From positions 7,635-71,634 of the forward strand of contig SFID01000001.1 of assembly GCA_004555425.1 (NCBI GenBank): a stretch of DNA of 64,000 nucleotides, written 5' to 3'. Under the pieces are notes generated by a model. That model had not been told where the DNA came from, ran no database searches, and was given only the letters and a program-made list of their open reading frames with translations. Below, one piece after another: positions 9,503-19,140 of this stretch. Position numbers and translations under genes: made by a program. Source of the stretch: Bacteroidales bacterium. Its GTDB lineage: Bacteria; Bacteroidota; Bacteroidia; Bacteroidales; Bacteroidaceae. Every line of letters starts with the position of its first letter. Position 1 is the first letter of the stretch.

Positions 9503-10708
9503 ATGAACGTAATCCAACAACTGAAAGGCAGCAGCCTGACCCTCCTCCTCGGCCTCTGTGCTTGGGGACTGCAAGTAGCATGTACCAACGACGACCCTGT
9601 GGATGCCGACATCGTTGCCGGTAGCCAGTCCTCCCTCAACGCCGCCTGCGACCAATGGCGCACGGCTCGCGCAGACTGGGAACAGACCGAAGCCTTCCTC
9701 TTCGGCGCTGCCGACAAGTATTCCATTGACCCCCACACCGACACTTGGCCCGTGGACCAGGCTGCGCTGGCCAATATCCTGCGCGACCCCGAAATCATGG
9801 CCGACATTGACAACAAGGTGAAACTCCTCAACTCGGGCGTGCTGGGCTACCACGGCATTGAGTACGTGCTCTTCCGTCAAGGCAATCCGCGCGACATCAG
9901 CCAGTTGACCGACCTAGAATACCGCTACGTTTGCGCTGTGGCCAAGGACCTCTATCAGGCCACCTGTGTGCTGCAAACCACTTGGTCGGGCGCCGCCTCG
10001 GGCACCCGCTACGAAGAAGCCATACGCTATCTGGCCTCGCACAACTCCCTCGACGACGATGGCAACGTGACGGGAGAAGGCCTGAACTATACCAACTTTG
10101 GCGCCAACTTCAAGCAAACGCCCTCGGCTGACTACGACAACGACCTCGATGCTACGGTGCAAATCATTGAAGGTGCGCGCGATATCATCGCCGAAGTAGC
10201 AGGCTCAAAAATAGGTCTGCCCTGGTCGGGACAGGATGATTCCTACATCGAATCGCCTTACGCCTACAACTCCATCACCGATTTCTACGACAATATCGTA
10301 GGCTGCCGCAACGCTCTCTACGGCGCAGTGGGAGCCACGACGCCCAACGAGAAGTCGCTCCTCTACTTCTGCCTCAACGCAGGCAACCCCACGCTCCGCG
10401 AACAAGCCCTCCAGGTGCAGCAGCAACTCACCACCGCGCTGGAAAAGGTGGCAGCCATGAAACGGCCCTTCGCCCTCTACTACACGGATGCCTCGGTCGA
10501 AACGGCCATCACCGCCCTCGACAATCTTGATGCCGCCCTCGCTGCCATGGAAGAGACGCTCCAGACCTACGCGGGCAATGCCACCGTCGAGGCACAGTGC
10601 AAGATTATCAACGCCAACTATGTGGACAACGTGGTCGTGCGCCTCTACACTTCGCTCTGCGACAACGCTGAGAAACTCTATCAGGCCATTATTAAGATTA
10701 AAGATTAA
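9503..10708 (+). CDS. Imelysin-family (IrpA/M75-like) lipoprotein
   Basis: Lipobox VAC, W..AR..WE..EAFLFG, D.WP.D, GxHxxE metal motif (GYHGIE), ESPYAYNS. Confidence 0.88.
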   Translation: MNVIQQLKGSSLTLLLGLCAWGLQVACTNDDPVDADIVAGSQSSLNAACDQWRTARADWEQTEAFLFGAADKYSIDPHTDTWPVDQAALANILRDPEIMADIDNKVKLLNSGVLGYHGIEYVLFRQGNPRDISQLTDLEYRYVCAVAKDLYQATCVLQTTWSGAASGTRYEEAIRYLASHNSLDDDGNVTGEGLNYTNFGANFKQTPSADYDNDLDATVQIIEGARDIIAEVAGSKIGLPWSGQDDSYIESPYAYNSITDFYDNIVGCRNALYGAVGATTPNEKSLLYFCLNAGNPTLREQALQVQQQLTTALEKVAAMKRPFALYYTDASVETAITALDNLDAALAAMEETLQTYAGNATVEAQCKIINANYVDNVVVRLYTSLCDNAEKLYQAIIKIKD

Positions 10709-10714
10709 CGATTC

Positions 10715-12403
10715 ATGAAGATGCAGATGAAAAAGTCAAGAATGCTCCTCGCCGTCTGCGCGGCCGCCTTGCTCGCCTCTTGCTCCGACGATGTGAGCGA
10801 ATCCCTCAGTTGGGAGATTGGCGAAGGCACAACCCTTGACTATCCCGAGGACTACTTCGCTGGCGGACGCTTGGGCACAACGTCCAACAACTCCTCCGTG
10901 GCTTTCAAGCAGCCCACTCCCGCCGTTGAGAGCGCGGGCATGGTGACGGCTTTCAACGAAGGCGAGTACCTCTTTGAGAATGATTTCAACGAGAATACCG
11001 AAGGCGCATTCCGCGGTTTGGGCCCCGTCTATGTACGTCCGGGCTGCGGCTATTGCCATCCCGGCTACGGCCACGGCGCGCGCCAAAATAGTTACGCGGC
11101 CAACCAGCACCGCAATGGCTACCTCCTCGTCATCTACGACAAGCAGACCAACGCCTACATTCGCTCGGTGGCGGGTATGCCACAGACGGCAGCCGTCAAA
11201 CCCTTCAAGGCACCCATCGACGAGACGCAAATCAAGATTGACTGGAAAGCCTATACCGACGAATGGGGCAACCGCTTTGACGATGGCGAAACCTACGAAC
11301 TGACTTATCCCGAGGTAACTATTCCCCACTCGGCCTATTATGCGCCCGTCTATGTGCAGCGCAACGGAGTGGATGTGTAGATTCCTGCCGAGGAATATGC
11401 CGACAATATCGACGTGCGCCTCGAATCGACCATCGGTATCTACGGCACGGGCCTCCTCGATGCTATCCCCGACGACTCCATCACGGCACAATGGCAGGCC
11501 GAGTCGCCCTACGTCACCCTCAATCCCTCCCTCTGGGACCAGGGGGCCAACACGTGGAAGAGTTATTACACCAATACGCTCCAGGGCGACGGCACCCAAT
11601 ACGTGCGCCGCTATACCTACGCCCTCAGCCGTGGCCCTGTGCTCGATGGTGCTGGCGCCAATGCCATCTGGAATATCACCAATGTCAATCGCCCCGACCG
11701 CCGCTACCACTACCTCGACCTCGCGGGTAAATATTATGCCGAGAAATCCTCGAAGGACCCCGAGGTGCAGGCGGGCTTCACCGAATATATCAATCGCATT
11801 GACCCCGAAGGGAAGCATCCTGAGTGGCACACGGGCAATCTCGAGAGCGACATCCATACGTACCTGACGAGCAAGACGCTCGAACCCGAGATGACGACCG
11901 AGCAATACAAGAACCTGATGATTTGGCACCGCGGTCTGGCCGTTCCTGCCGCTCGCAATACCACGACCGACAAGTTCAAGGAAGGCAAACGGCTCTTCGC
12001 CGAAATGGGTTGCGCCACTTGCCACCGTCCCTCGTGGACCACGGGCAGCGACGATATCCAAGACCCCAACCGCCTCTTCACCAACGCCGACATGCCGCGC
12101 TATCCCTATCAGAAGATTTGGCCCTACACGGACATGGTTCAGCACAGATTGTTCATGAAGAACGATATCCGCACGGGTTGGTGCCGCACCACTCCCCTCT
12201 GGGGCCGCGGACTGGCCAGCAAATGCGGTTCGGGAACGGAGCGCCTCCACGACTGTCGCGCCCGCAACGTCATCGAGGCCATTATGTGGCACGGTTGCAC
12301 CACCGAAGGCGGCAAGAGCGATGCCTACGAGTCGGTGCTCCGATTCCGTCAACTCAGCAAGGAACAGCGCGACCAAGTAGTCTTCTTCATAGAATCCATC
12401 TAG
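10715..12403 (+). pseudogene. Di-heme oxidoreductase (DHOR) family lipoprotein interrupted by an in-frame TAG at 11378-11380
   Basis: ORFs 10715-11380 and 11414-12403 are in the same frame (offset 699); lipobox LASC, CxxCH motifs CGYCH and CATCH, RTTPLWGRG, LHDCRAR. Confidence 0.8.
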
Positions 12404-12460
12404 CGCTTCTCGCTCCTATATTATAATAAGGAGTCCCCAATGTTTCCCAGGATTGCCCGA

Positions 12461-12576
12461 CTATCGAGCTAGCAGCCGCAGGCTGCGCTGAAACTAGGGG
12501 ACGCAGTCCCCGACTGAAACTAGGAAGCCGCAGGCTTCCGCTGAAACTAGGGAGCGCAGCGACCGTTGAAACTAAA
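12461..12576 (+). repeat. Array of small hairpins separated by (C/T)TGAAACTAG
   Basis: Four TGAAACTA(G/A) units alternating with GC hairpins; related arrays at 28701-28869, 49330-49408, 50336-50370, 57574-57660. Confidence 0.8.
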
Positions 12577-12583
12577 CCAGAAT

Positions 12584-14773
12584 ATGTTCATTCGCAAAAG
12601 AGATAAGTTAATAATTGGAATCCTTTCCCTATACACACTCCTCGCAGTGTGTATGGGGATTGCGACTTTCTTGGAGAAAACCCACGGACAGGCTTTCGCG
12701 GCCACGCACATCTACGGTGCGTGGTGGTTTGTTGGCCTGTGGGCTGCGCTTAGTCTGTTGTCTGTGGTCGTTCTCCTTCGCCGCAAGGTGCAGCGCCGTC
12801 CTGCGGTGTTCCTCCTCCACGGCGCGTTTGTCGTCATCCTCTTGGGCGCGCTCGTCACCCATCTTTTCGCTCGCGAGGGTACGCTCCATCTTCGCGTAGG
12901 CCAGACCGCCAGCACCTTCACCCTCAAAGACGGGCGCACCGATAGCCTGCCTTTCAGCGTGCGCCTCTTGCACTACGAAACCCTCTGCTATCCCGGCACC
13001 GACGCCCCCATGGACTATCGTGCGCGCCTCTTGACCCGGCAAGCAGGCCGCACCGATACGCTCACCGTTTCGATGAACCGCATCGGGCGGCAGGCAGGCT
13101 ATCGCTTCTGCCAGTCGTCCTACGATTCCGACCAGCAGGGCACCATTCTCCTCGTAGCCTCCGACCCCTACGGCATCGGCATTACCTACGCAGGCTATCT
13201 GCTCCTGCTCCTCGGCTGGCTCTGGACGTTTTGCGCCCAAGGCACACGCCTGCGCCACCTTGCCCGTCTCGCCCTGCGCGTCCTCCTTCCCGCAGTGCTC
13301 CTGGTGGGCAATGTGCAGCAGGCACAGGCCGCAGACATTCCGCGTGAGATTGCTGACGACCTGGCCGAGGTGGCCGTGCTCTACGATGGCCGCATCTGTC
13401 CGCTCCATACGGCCATGACCGATTACCTCACCAAACTTTCGGGCAAGGACACGTGGCAAGGAAAAACGGCCAGCGAGGTCTTCGTGGGTTGGATGATTTT
13501 CTATAACGACTGGGAGGGCGAGCGGCTGATCAAGGTAAAGGACGCGGCCGTGCAACGCCTGCTCGGCATCAATGGCTCCTGGGCCAGTGTGCGCGACTTC
13601 TATACCGCCCAGCACGCCTACAAATTAGATGGAAAAATGGACGACCCTTCCCTTCCCGAATCGACCCGCAAGGCCCTGCGCGAGGCCGACGAGAAACTCC
13701 GCGTCGTCACCCTCTTCTATCAGAGCGAACTCCTGCGCATCTTTCCCCTCCAGCAGGGCGACAGCCTCCATTGGCACGCGCCGGGCAGCACCGAGTTGCC
13801 GCGCGGCGTCCCCTCGGCCGAGTTTCAGTTTGTCCACCACGCCATGGACCGCCTCGTTCAGGCCATCCTCACGGGCGATACGGCAGGCGCACACCTGATG
13901 ATTGCCAAAATCAAAGCATACCAGCAGGCTCATGCGGCCCACGTGCTGCCCTCGCGCGCCAAGATGCGGGCCGAGATTTGGCTCAACCATTGGCAGCAAA
14001 GCCGCCCAGTGGTCTTCCTCGCCTTGGGTGCAAGCCTCCTGCTGTGTCTCGCCTTCTTCGCTGGCCGACCGCGGCGCTGGCTGAACGTGGCCCAGGGCCT
14101 TCTTCTCGTTCTGCTGACGCTCTGGGTGACCTTGCTGATAGGATTGCGCTGGTGGGTGAGCGGCCATGTGCCGATGACGAATGGCTACGAGACCATGCTG
14201 CTCATGGCTTGGCTCTCGCTGATGCTGGGCCTGCTGTGTGCAAGGGCCTTGCCCATCCTCCGCGCCCTTGCTCCCGTGGTGGCAGCGTGCTGTATGCTCG
14301 TGGCGCATCTGGCCAGTGGCAATCCGCGCATCACGGCCCTCATGCCCGTGCTCGCCTCGCCCCTGTTGTCGCTCCATGTGGCCTTGGTCATGATGGCCTA
14401 TGTGCTGTTGGTCATCCTGGCCCTCATTGCTGTGCGCTGTCTCCTGTTGCGACCGCGCAAGGCAGACGAGCAACTGTTGCGCCTGACTGCCCTCTCCAGG
14501 CTCTTGCTCTATCCCGCAGTGGCTCTCCTGAGTGCGGGCATCTTTGTCGGCGCCGTCTGGGCCAACATCTCGTGGGGCTGTTACTGGTCGTGGGACCCCA
14601 AGGAGACCTGGGCCCTCATCACGCTCATGGTCTATGCCGTCCCGCTCCACGGCCTGCATCGCACGGACAGCCCACGCGCCTACCATATATATATCCTCCT
14701 CGCCCTGCTCACAGTCTTGATGACCTATTTCGGCGTCAACTATTTCCTGTCGGGTATGCACGCATATTCTTAG
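12584..14773 (+). CDS. ccsA: System II cytochrome c biogenesis protein (ResB/CcsB-CcsA fusion)
   Basis: LLH..F..IL.GA TM His, HV motif, WWD domain GAVWANISWGCYWSWDPKETWALI, GVNYFLSGMHAY. Confidence 0.92.
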   Translation: MFIRKRDKLIIGILSLYTLLAVCMGIATFLEKTHGQAFAATHIYGAWWFVGLWAALSLLSVVVLLRRKVQRRPAVFLLHGAFVVILLGALVTHLFAREGTLHLRVGQTASTFTLKDGRTDSLPFSVRLLHYETLCYPGTDAPMDYRARLLTRQAGRTDTLTVSMNRIGRQAGYRFCQSSYDSDQQGTILLVASDPYGIGITYAGYLLLLLGWLWTFCAQGTRLRHLARLALRVLLPAVLLVGNVQQAQAADIPREIADDLAEVAVLYDGRICPLHTAMTDYLTKLSGKDTWQGKTASEVFVGWMIFYNDWEGERLIKVKDAAVQRLLGINGSWASVRDFYTAQHAYKLDGKMDDPSLPESTRKALREADEKLRVVTLFYQSELLRIFPLQQGDSLHWHAPGSTELPRGVPSAEFQFVHHAMDRLVQAILTGDTAGAHLMIAKIKAYQQAHAAHVLPSRAKMRAEIWLNHWQQSRPVVFLALGASLLLCLAFFAGRPRRWLNVAQGLLLVLLTLWVTLLIGLRWWVSGHVPMTNGYETMLLMAWLSLMLGLLCARALPILRALAPVVAACCMLVAHLASGNPRITALMPVLASPLLSLHVALVMMAYVLLVILALIAVRCLLLRPRKADEQLLRLTALSRLLLYPAVALLSAGIFVGAVWANISWGCYWSWDPKETWALITLMVYAVPLHGLHRTDSPRAYHIYILLALLTVLMTYFGVNYFLSGMHAYS

Positions 14774-14817
14774 CGGATAAGGGGCGCGCCGAATAGTATC
14801 CCTAGCCTGCACAATTA

Positions 14818-14851
14818 CCTGAGTAGTTACCCGAAATGGTAACTACTCAGG
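14818..14851. repeat. 13-8-13 inverted-repeat site CCTGAGTAGTTAC-CCGAAATG-GTAACTACTCAGG
   Basis: Perfect 13-bp arms with 8-bp asymmetric core; arm recurs 12 times in the window. Confidence 0.9.
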
Positions 14852-14907
14852 TGGTTCTAGATTGCGAGGCAATGTACCGCGCGTTGCTTTAGGCTTGTAT
14901 CAGATGT

Positions 14908-15324
14908 GAAAGAAAAAAACCAAGATAAACCCCTTGAAGAGTCTGGGGGCTTCGCCCTGGTGCTTGGGCTTCGGGTGGGTCTTATAAGAGCAGGCTCTTA
15001 ACGCCCCACCCGAAACCCAAACCCCACCTTCTTTCAGAAGGCTGTCAGCCTCTTCAAGGCGATAAACAGAAAATAAACCCATTTTCCTCTGAAGAGGTGC
15101 ATCGTTCCGTTGTGTACTTCCATTCGTTTTCGATGATGATTTCAGCCAGATGGGGTTTATTTCCTGTTTATCGCCTTGTGCTTGATGCAAAACCCGATAG
15201 GGTGATGCTGTGTCTGACTGGAAATCACTGAGCTTGCTCAGGGATTTCCTGACAGCCACAGCATCAAATGTCTCGCTAGAGACATTTTGCATCAAGTGCA
15301 AGGGGTTTTTTAGGTTTTTGTTTT
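14908..15324. ncRNA. Candidate large structured ncRNA / ssDNA structure (~410 nt), family unknown
   Basis: Manual folding gives a closing stem plus three long multi-branched arms pairing most bases; strand ambiguous. Confidence 0.55.
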
Positions 15325-15368
15325 ATCAGTGGCCACAGGACTTTTGTGACAACTCCTCATTATTTTGA

Positions 15369-15743
15369 CCTGAGTAGTTACCCGAAATGTTAAATCCAAA
15401 CATTTTTCGCGCGAAAACTTTTAATATCTTTTATATTTTCGGCCGCGAAAAATTCTCTATATCGTCATTTCGCGCACCGATAAAGCCAAGAAAATTTCCG
15501 CAAAAGCATTTAGAAAATCCGCAAAAGCATATAGAATTTTCTACTTCCGATGTTTTTCTTCCCTTATATGGGCCAAAAAAAGAGGAAAGAACCCTGTGTT
15601 TGGGGCTCTTTCCTCTTCGCTAGTACAAAGATAATACATTTTTCCGCGAAATGCAAATCCATTTAACATTTCGCAACAATCTATGAAATGTTAAAAGACG
15701 AGTTTTGCACACGCGGGGGTCTGCGATGTGTTATATTACGAGG
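15369..15743 (-). repeat. ~375-bp dispersed 'leader' element, copy A
   Basis: Reverse complement closely matches 25567-25941 and, more loosely, 49413-49779. Confidence 0.9.
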
Positions 15744-15864
15744 GAGGATTTTTCAATGAGGAATGAGGGATGAGAAATTGCCTTTCCAATAATCGTATTT
15801 CGACTTTTGAGCCAGTGGCCGAAGGTTGCGTTGAAGCGCGAGGCCAAGGCGGCAGGGCTACTTG

Positions 15865-17118
15865 TTATTCCGCGCTGTAGTCCTCGAAGAGAAAATCGTT
15901 GTAGGGATATTTCTGTACGTGGAGTTGGCGCACGCGCTGGTAGAAGAGTTCTTTGAGAGCCTCGATGTTCTGCCGCTCGCGCGCAGAGATGAAGATGCAA
16001 TCTTCTCCCATGCGCGCCATCCACGTCTGTTGGAGTTGTTCGAGCGAAACGTTCTCCTTCGTGGGCGGCGTGAGGTCGTCGGGGTCCTTCTCCGTCCAAG
16101 TGTAGGCATCCATCTTGTTGAACACCATCAGTTGTGGCTTGTCCGAGCAGCCCAGGTCCATGAGCGTCTTGTTGACCACCTCAATCTGTTCGGCAAAGTC
16201 GGGGTGCGATACGTCCACCACGTGCACCAGAAGGTCGGCCTCGCGCGTTTCGTCCAGCGTACTCTTGAACGAATCCACGAGGTCGGTTGGCAGTTTGCGG
16301 ATGAAGCCAACGGTGTCGGCCAGGAGGAAGGGCAGGTTGCCGATGATGACCTTGCGCACAGTCGTGTCGAGCGTGGCGAAGAGTTTGTTCTCGGCAAAAA
16401 CTTCGGCCTTGGCCAGCAGGTTGATGAGCGTTGATTTGCCCACGTTCGTATAGCCCACGAGGGCCACGCGGATGAGGCGGCCGCGGTTCTTGCGCTGGGT
16501 GGTTTTCTGGCGGTCAATCTCCGCGAGGCGCTGTTTGAGCAGGGCCATGCGGTTGAGGATGATGCGGCGGTCCATCTCCAACTGCGTTTCGCCCGGTCCG
16601 CGCAGGCCCACGCTTCCCTTGCCGCCGCCACCGCCCGAACCGCCACCTTGGCGCTCGAGGTGGGTCCAGAGGCGCTGCAGGCGGGGGAGCATATAGCGGT
16701 ATTGCGCCAGTTCGATCTGCGTCTTGGCATTGGCCGTCTGGGCGCGCATGGCAAAGATGTCGAGGATGAGCGAGGTGCGGTCCAGAATCTTGACCTTGAG
16801 TTCGCGCTCAATATTGCGGAGCTGCTTGGCCGAGAGTTCGTCGTCGAAGATGACCATACCGACTTCGCGCTCGGCATCCTCTTCGGCAATGATGTATTGG
16901 CGGATTTCCTCCAACTTGCCTTTGCCCACGTAGGTCACGGAGCTGGGGCCGTCCATGCGTTGGGTGAAGCGGCGCACGGTGACTGCGCCCGCCGTTTCGG
17001 CCAGAAATTCAAGTTCGTCAAGGTATTCTTGCGTTTTGCGCTCGTCCTGCTGCTTCGTGATGAGGCCCACGAGAACGGCCGTTTCTGCTTTGGCTTCGGA
17101 TTGTATAAATTCCTTCAT
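15865..17118 (-). CDS. hflX: GTPase HflX
   Basis: DRTSLILDIFAMRA, GPGETQLEMDRR, G1 VGYTNVGKST, DTVGFI, NKMD; start set at MKEFI. Confidence 0.96.
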   Translation of the reverse strand: MKEFIQSEAKAETAVLVGLITKQQDERKTQEYLDELEFLAETAGAVTVRRFTQRMDGPSSVTYVGKGKLEEIRQYIIAEEDAEREVGMVIFDDELSAKQLRNIERELKVKILDRTSLILDIFAMRAQTANAKTQIELAQYRYMLPRLQRLWTHLERQGGGSGGGGGKGSVGLRGPGETQLEMDRRIILNRMALLKQRLAEIDRQKTTQRKNRGRLIRVALVGYTNVGKSTLINLLAKAEVFAENKLFATLDTTVRKVIIGNLPFLLADTVGFIRKLPTDLVDSFKSTLDETREADLLVHVVDVSHPDFAEQIEVVNKTLMDLGCSDKPQLMVFNKMDAYTWTEKDPDDLTPPTKENVSLEQLQQTWMARMGEDCIFISARERQNIEALKELFYQRVRQLHVQKYPYNDFLFEDYSAE

Positions 17119-17397
17119 TCGGGAAACTGGGGTTAGGGATGAAAATAGGATAGGAGGGGCGGCGCGAATGGTCGTAAAATATGTCTTTTCAGCAGAAAGG
17201 AAGTGCTGATTCCGCCCCTGATATGTGCAAAAGTACAAAAAAAAATAAACCGTTCGTCTTTTCAAACAAAAAAATATATGTACCTTTGGAAAAAATTTCA
17301 GCCCCTCATTTCGCACTAGGCATTAGGCTTAGGTATAGCGGCGCTTTGGGCTGCTCCTTGTATAATATAATTACTATAACAATAAATATTGCCAATC

Positions 17398-17958
17398 ATG
17401 ATTGACGTAAAAGAATTGCTCGCTGCTTGCGAGGAAAAGATGGAAATGAGTGTGATGCACCTGGAGGAAACCCTCTCGCATATCCGTGCTGGTAAGGCCA
17501 ACGTGCATATCCTCGACGAAATCCGCGTGAACTCCTACGGTTCGATGGTGCCCATCAACAATGTGGCCGCCATCACTACGCCCGATGCGCGTACTATTGC
17601 CATCAAACCCTGGGATAAGTCCATGTTCCACCATATCGAAAAGGCTATCATTGATTCCAACGTAGGAATCATGCCCGAAAACAACGGCGAAATCATCCGC
17701 CTGGGCATTCCGCCCCTCACCGAAGAGCGTCGCCGCGACCTCACCAAGCAGTGTAATAAGGAAGGCGAGGAAACCAAGGTGGCCATTCGCAACGCACGCC
17801 GCGACGGCATCGAAAAACTGAAGAAGGGAATCAAGGACGGCCTGCCCGAAGACGTGGAGAAGGACTCCGAAGCCGACCTCCAGAAAATCCACGACCGTAT
17901 GGTCAAGAAGGTTGAAGAACTCCTCGTTGCCAAGAGCAAGGAGATTATGACAGTGTAG
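17398..17958 (+). CDS. frr: Ribosome recycling factor
   Basis: IRAGKAN, IPPLTEERRRDL, VAIRNARRD motifs. Confidence 0.97.
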   Translation: MIDVKELLAACEEKMEMSVMHLEETLSHIRAGKANVHILDEIRVNSYGSMVPINNVAAITTPDARTIAIKPWDKSMFHHIEKAIIDSNVGIMPENNGEIIRLGIPPLTEERRRDLTKQCNKEGEETKVAIRNARRDGIEKLKKGIKDGLPEDVEKDSEADLQKIHDRMVKKVEELLVAKSKEIMTV

Positions 17959-18153
17959 GATAGTTAGGAGCTTTTTTCAATTAGGAATTAGAAGTTAGGA
18001 ATTAGGAATTTCCTCTCCAATTCCTCCACTCCAAGTCCTCTATAATCCTCTCCAAATCCTCTTCAATCCTCTATAATCCTAAAAATTCTTCTCCCCAAAC
18101 CCAAGAAAAGACTCCTAACTCCTAACTCCTAACTCCTAACTCCTAACTAAAAA

Positions 18154-19113
18154 ATGACCACCCACGGCCAAGTAATCCGCAACACAGGCAGTCACTACGA
18201 AGTGCGCACAGACGATGGGCGCATAGTGCCCTGCCGCGTCAAGGGTAACTTTCGCCTGCGCGGCATCCGTTCGACCAATCCAGTGGCCGTTGGAGATGGA
18301 GTCACCATTACGATACCGGGCAACGAACTGGCCGCAGGCGAGGCCGCCTTTATCACAGAAATCGACGAGCGCCGCAACTACATCATCCGCAAAGCCTCCA
18401 ACCTCTCCAAACAAAGCCACATCCTCGCCGCAAATATTGACCAGGCATTGCTGGTGGTGACTATCGCGCGCCCCGAAACCTCCACCACATTCATCGACCG
18501 CTTCCTGGCCTCCGCCGAAGCCTATCGCGTGCCCGTCATCCTCGGATTCAACAAAGCAGACGATTGGCAAACCGACGAGGAGCGCGCCCGCGCCGAAGAA
18601 CTTATGGCACTCTACGAAGCGATAGGCTACGAATGCTTCGCCCTCTCGGCCCTCCAAAATACAGGCATCGAAGCCCTGCGCGAGCGATTGGCTGGACGCA
18701 TCACCCTCTTGGCTGGCCACAGCGGCGTGGGCAAGTCTACGTTGCTCAACCTCCTCGTGCCCGAGGCCCACGCACGTACAGCCGAAATCTCGGCAGTGCA
18801 CGGAACGGGCATGCACACGACCACGTTCAGCGAACTCTTCGACCTGCCCAACCAGGCAGGCAGTCTCATCGATATACCAGGCATCAAGGGCTTTGGCACC
18901 TTCGATATGGAAATCGAGGAAGTGTCGCACTATTTCCGCGAAATCTTTGCCGTGGCCGAAGATTGCCGTTTCTCCAACTGCACCCATACGCGCGAGCCCG
19001 GATGTGCAGTGCTTGAAGCCGTAGAGCAAGGACGCATCGCCCTCTCGCGCTATGCCTCCTACCTCTCTATGCTCGAGGACAAGGAGGAAGGCAAGTACCG
19101 CGCCGCCTTCTAG
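18154..19113 (+). CDS. rsgA: Ribosome small subunit-dependent GTPase A
   Basis: [48 protein letters not shown] zinc finger. Confidence 0.96.
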   Translation: MTTHGQVIRNTGSHYEVRTDDGRIVPCRVKGNFRLRGIRSTNPVAVGDGVTITIPGNELAAGEAAFITEIDERRNYIIRKASNLSKQSHILAANIDQALLVVTIARPETSTTFIDRFLASAEAYRVPVILGFNKADDWQTDEERARAEELMALYEAIGYECFALSALQNTGIEALRERLAGRITLLAGHSGVGKSTLLNLLVPEAHARTAEISAVHGTGMHTTTFSELFDLPNQAGSLIDIPGIKGFGTFDMEIEEVSHYFREIFAVAEDCRFSNCTHTREPGCAVLEAVEQGRIALSRYASYLSMLEDKEEGKYRAAF

Positions 19114-19140
19114 CATTGCTCAATCATAAACCTCTCATTT

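Noticed and set aside
11378..11380. Pyrrolysine or genome-wide amber recoding
   Set aside because: TAG terminates many conserved genes here at their expected ends; no pyl genes were seen.
12461..12576. CRISPR array interpretation of the hairpin arrays and 21-bp tandem repeats
   Set aside because: The constant part is only ~10 bp, the 'spacers' are themselves recurrent hairpins, and there are no cas genes in the window.
15085..15145. Hammerhead ribozyme core (CTGAAGA at 15089)
   Set aside because: No correctly placed GAAA/stem II/NUH arrangement could be built by eye; CTGAA pairs with TTCAG instead. A covariance search would settle it.
14900..15301. 133-aa minus-strand ORF over the structured element
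   Set aside because: Non-ATG start, no recognisable motifs; the sequence is better explained by base-pairing constraints.
15387..15623. Short ORFs inside the leader and other repeats (e.g. 15387-15623, 25626-25880, 49494-49856, 6264-6677, 36819-37079)
   Set aside because: Frames and lengths are not conserved between repeat copies, and the translations are low-information.
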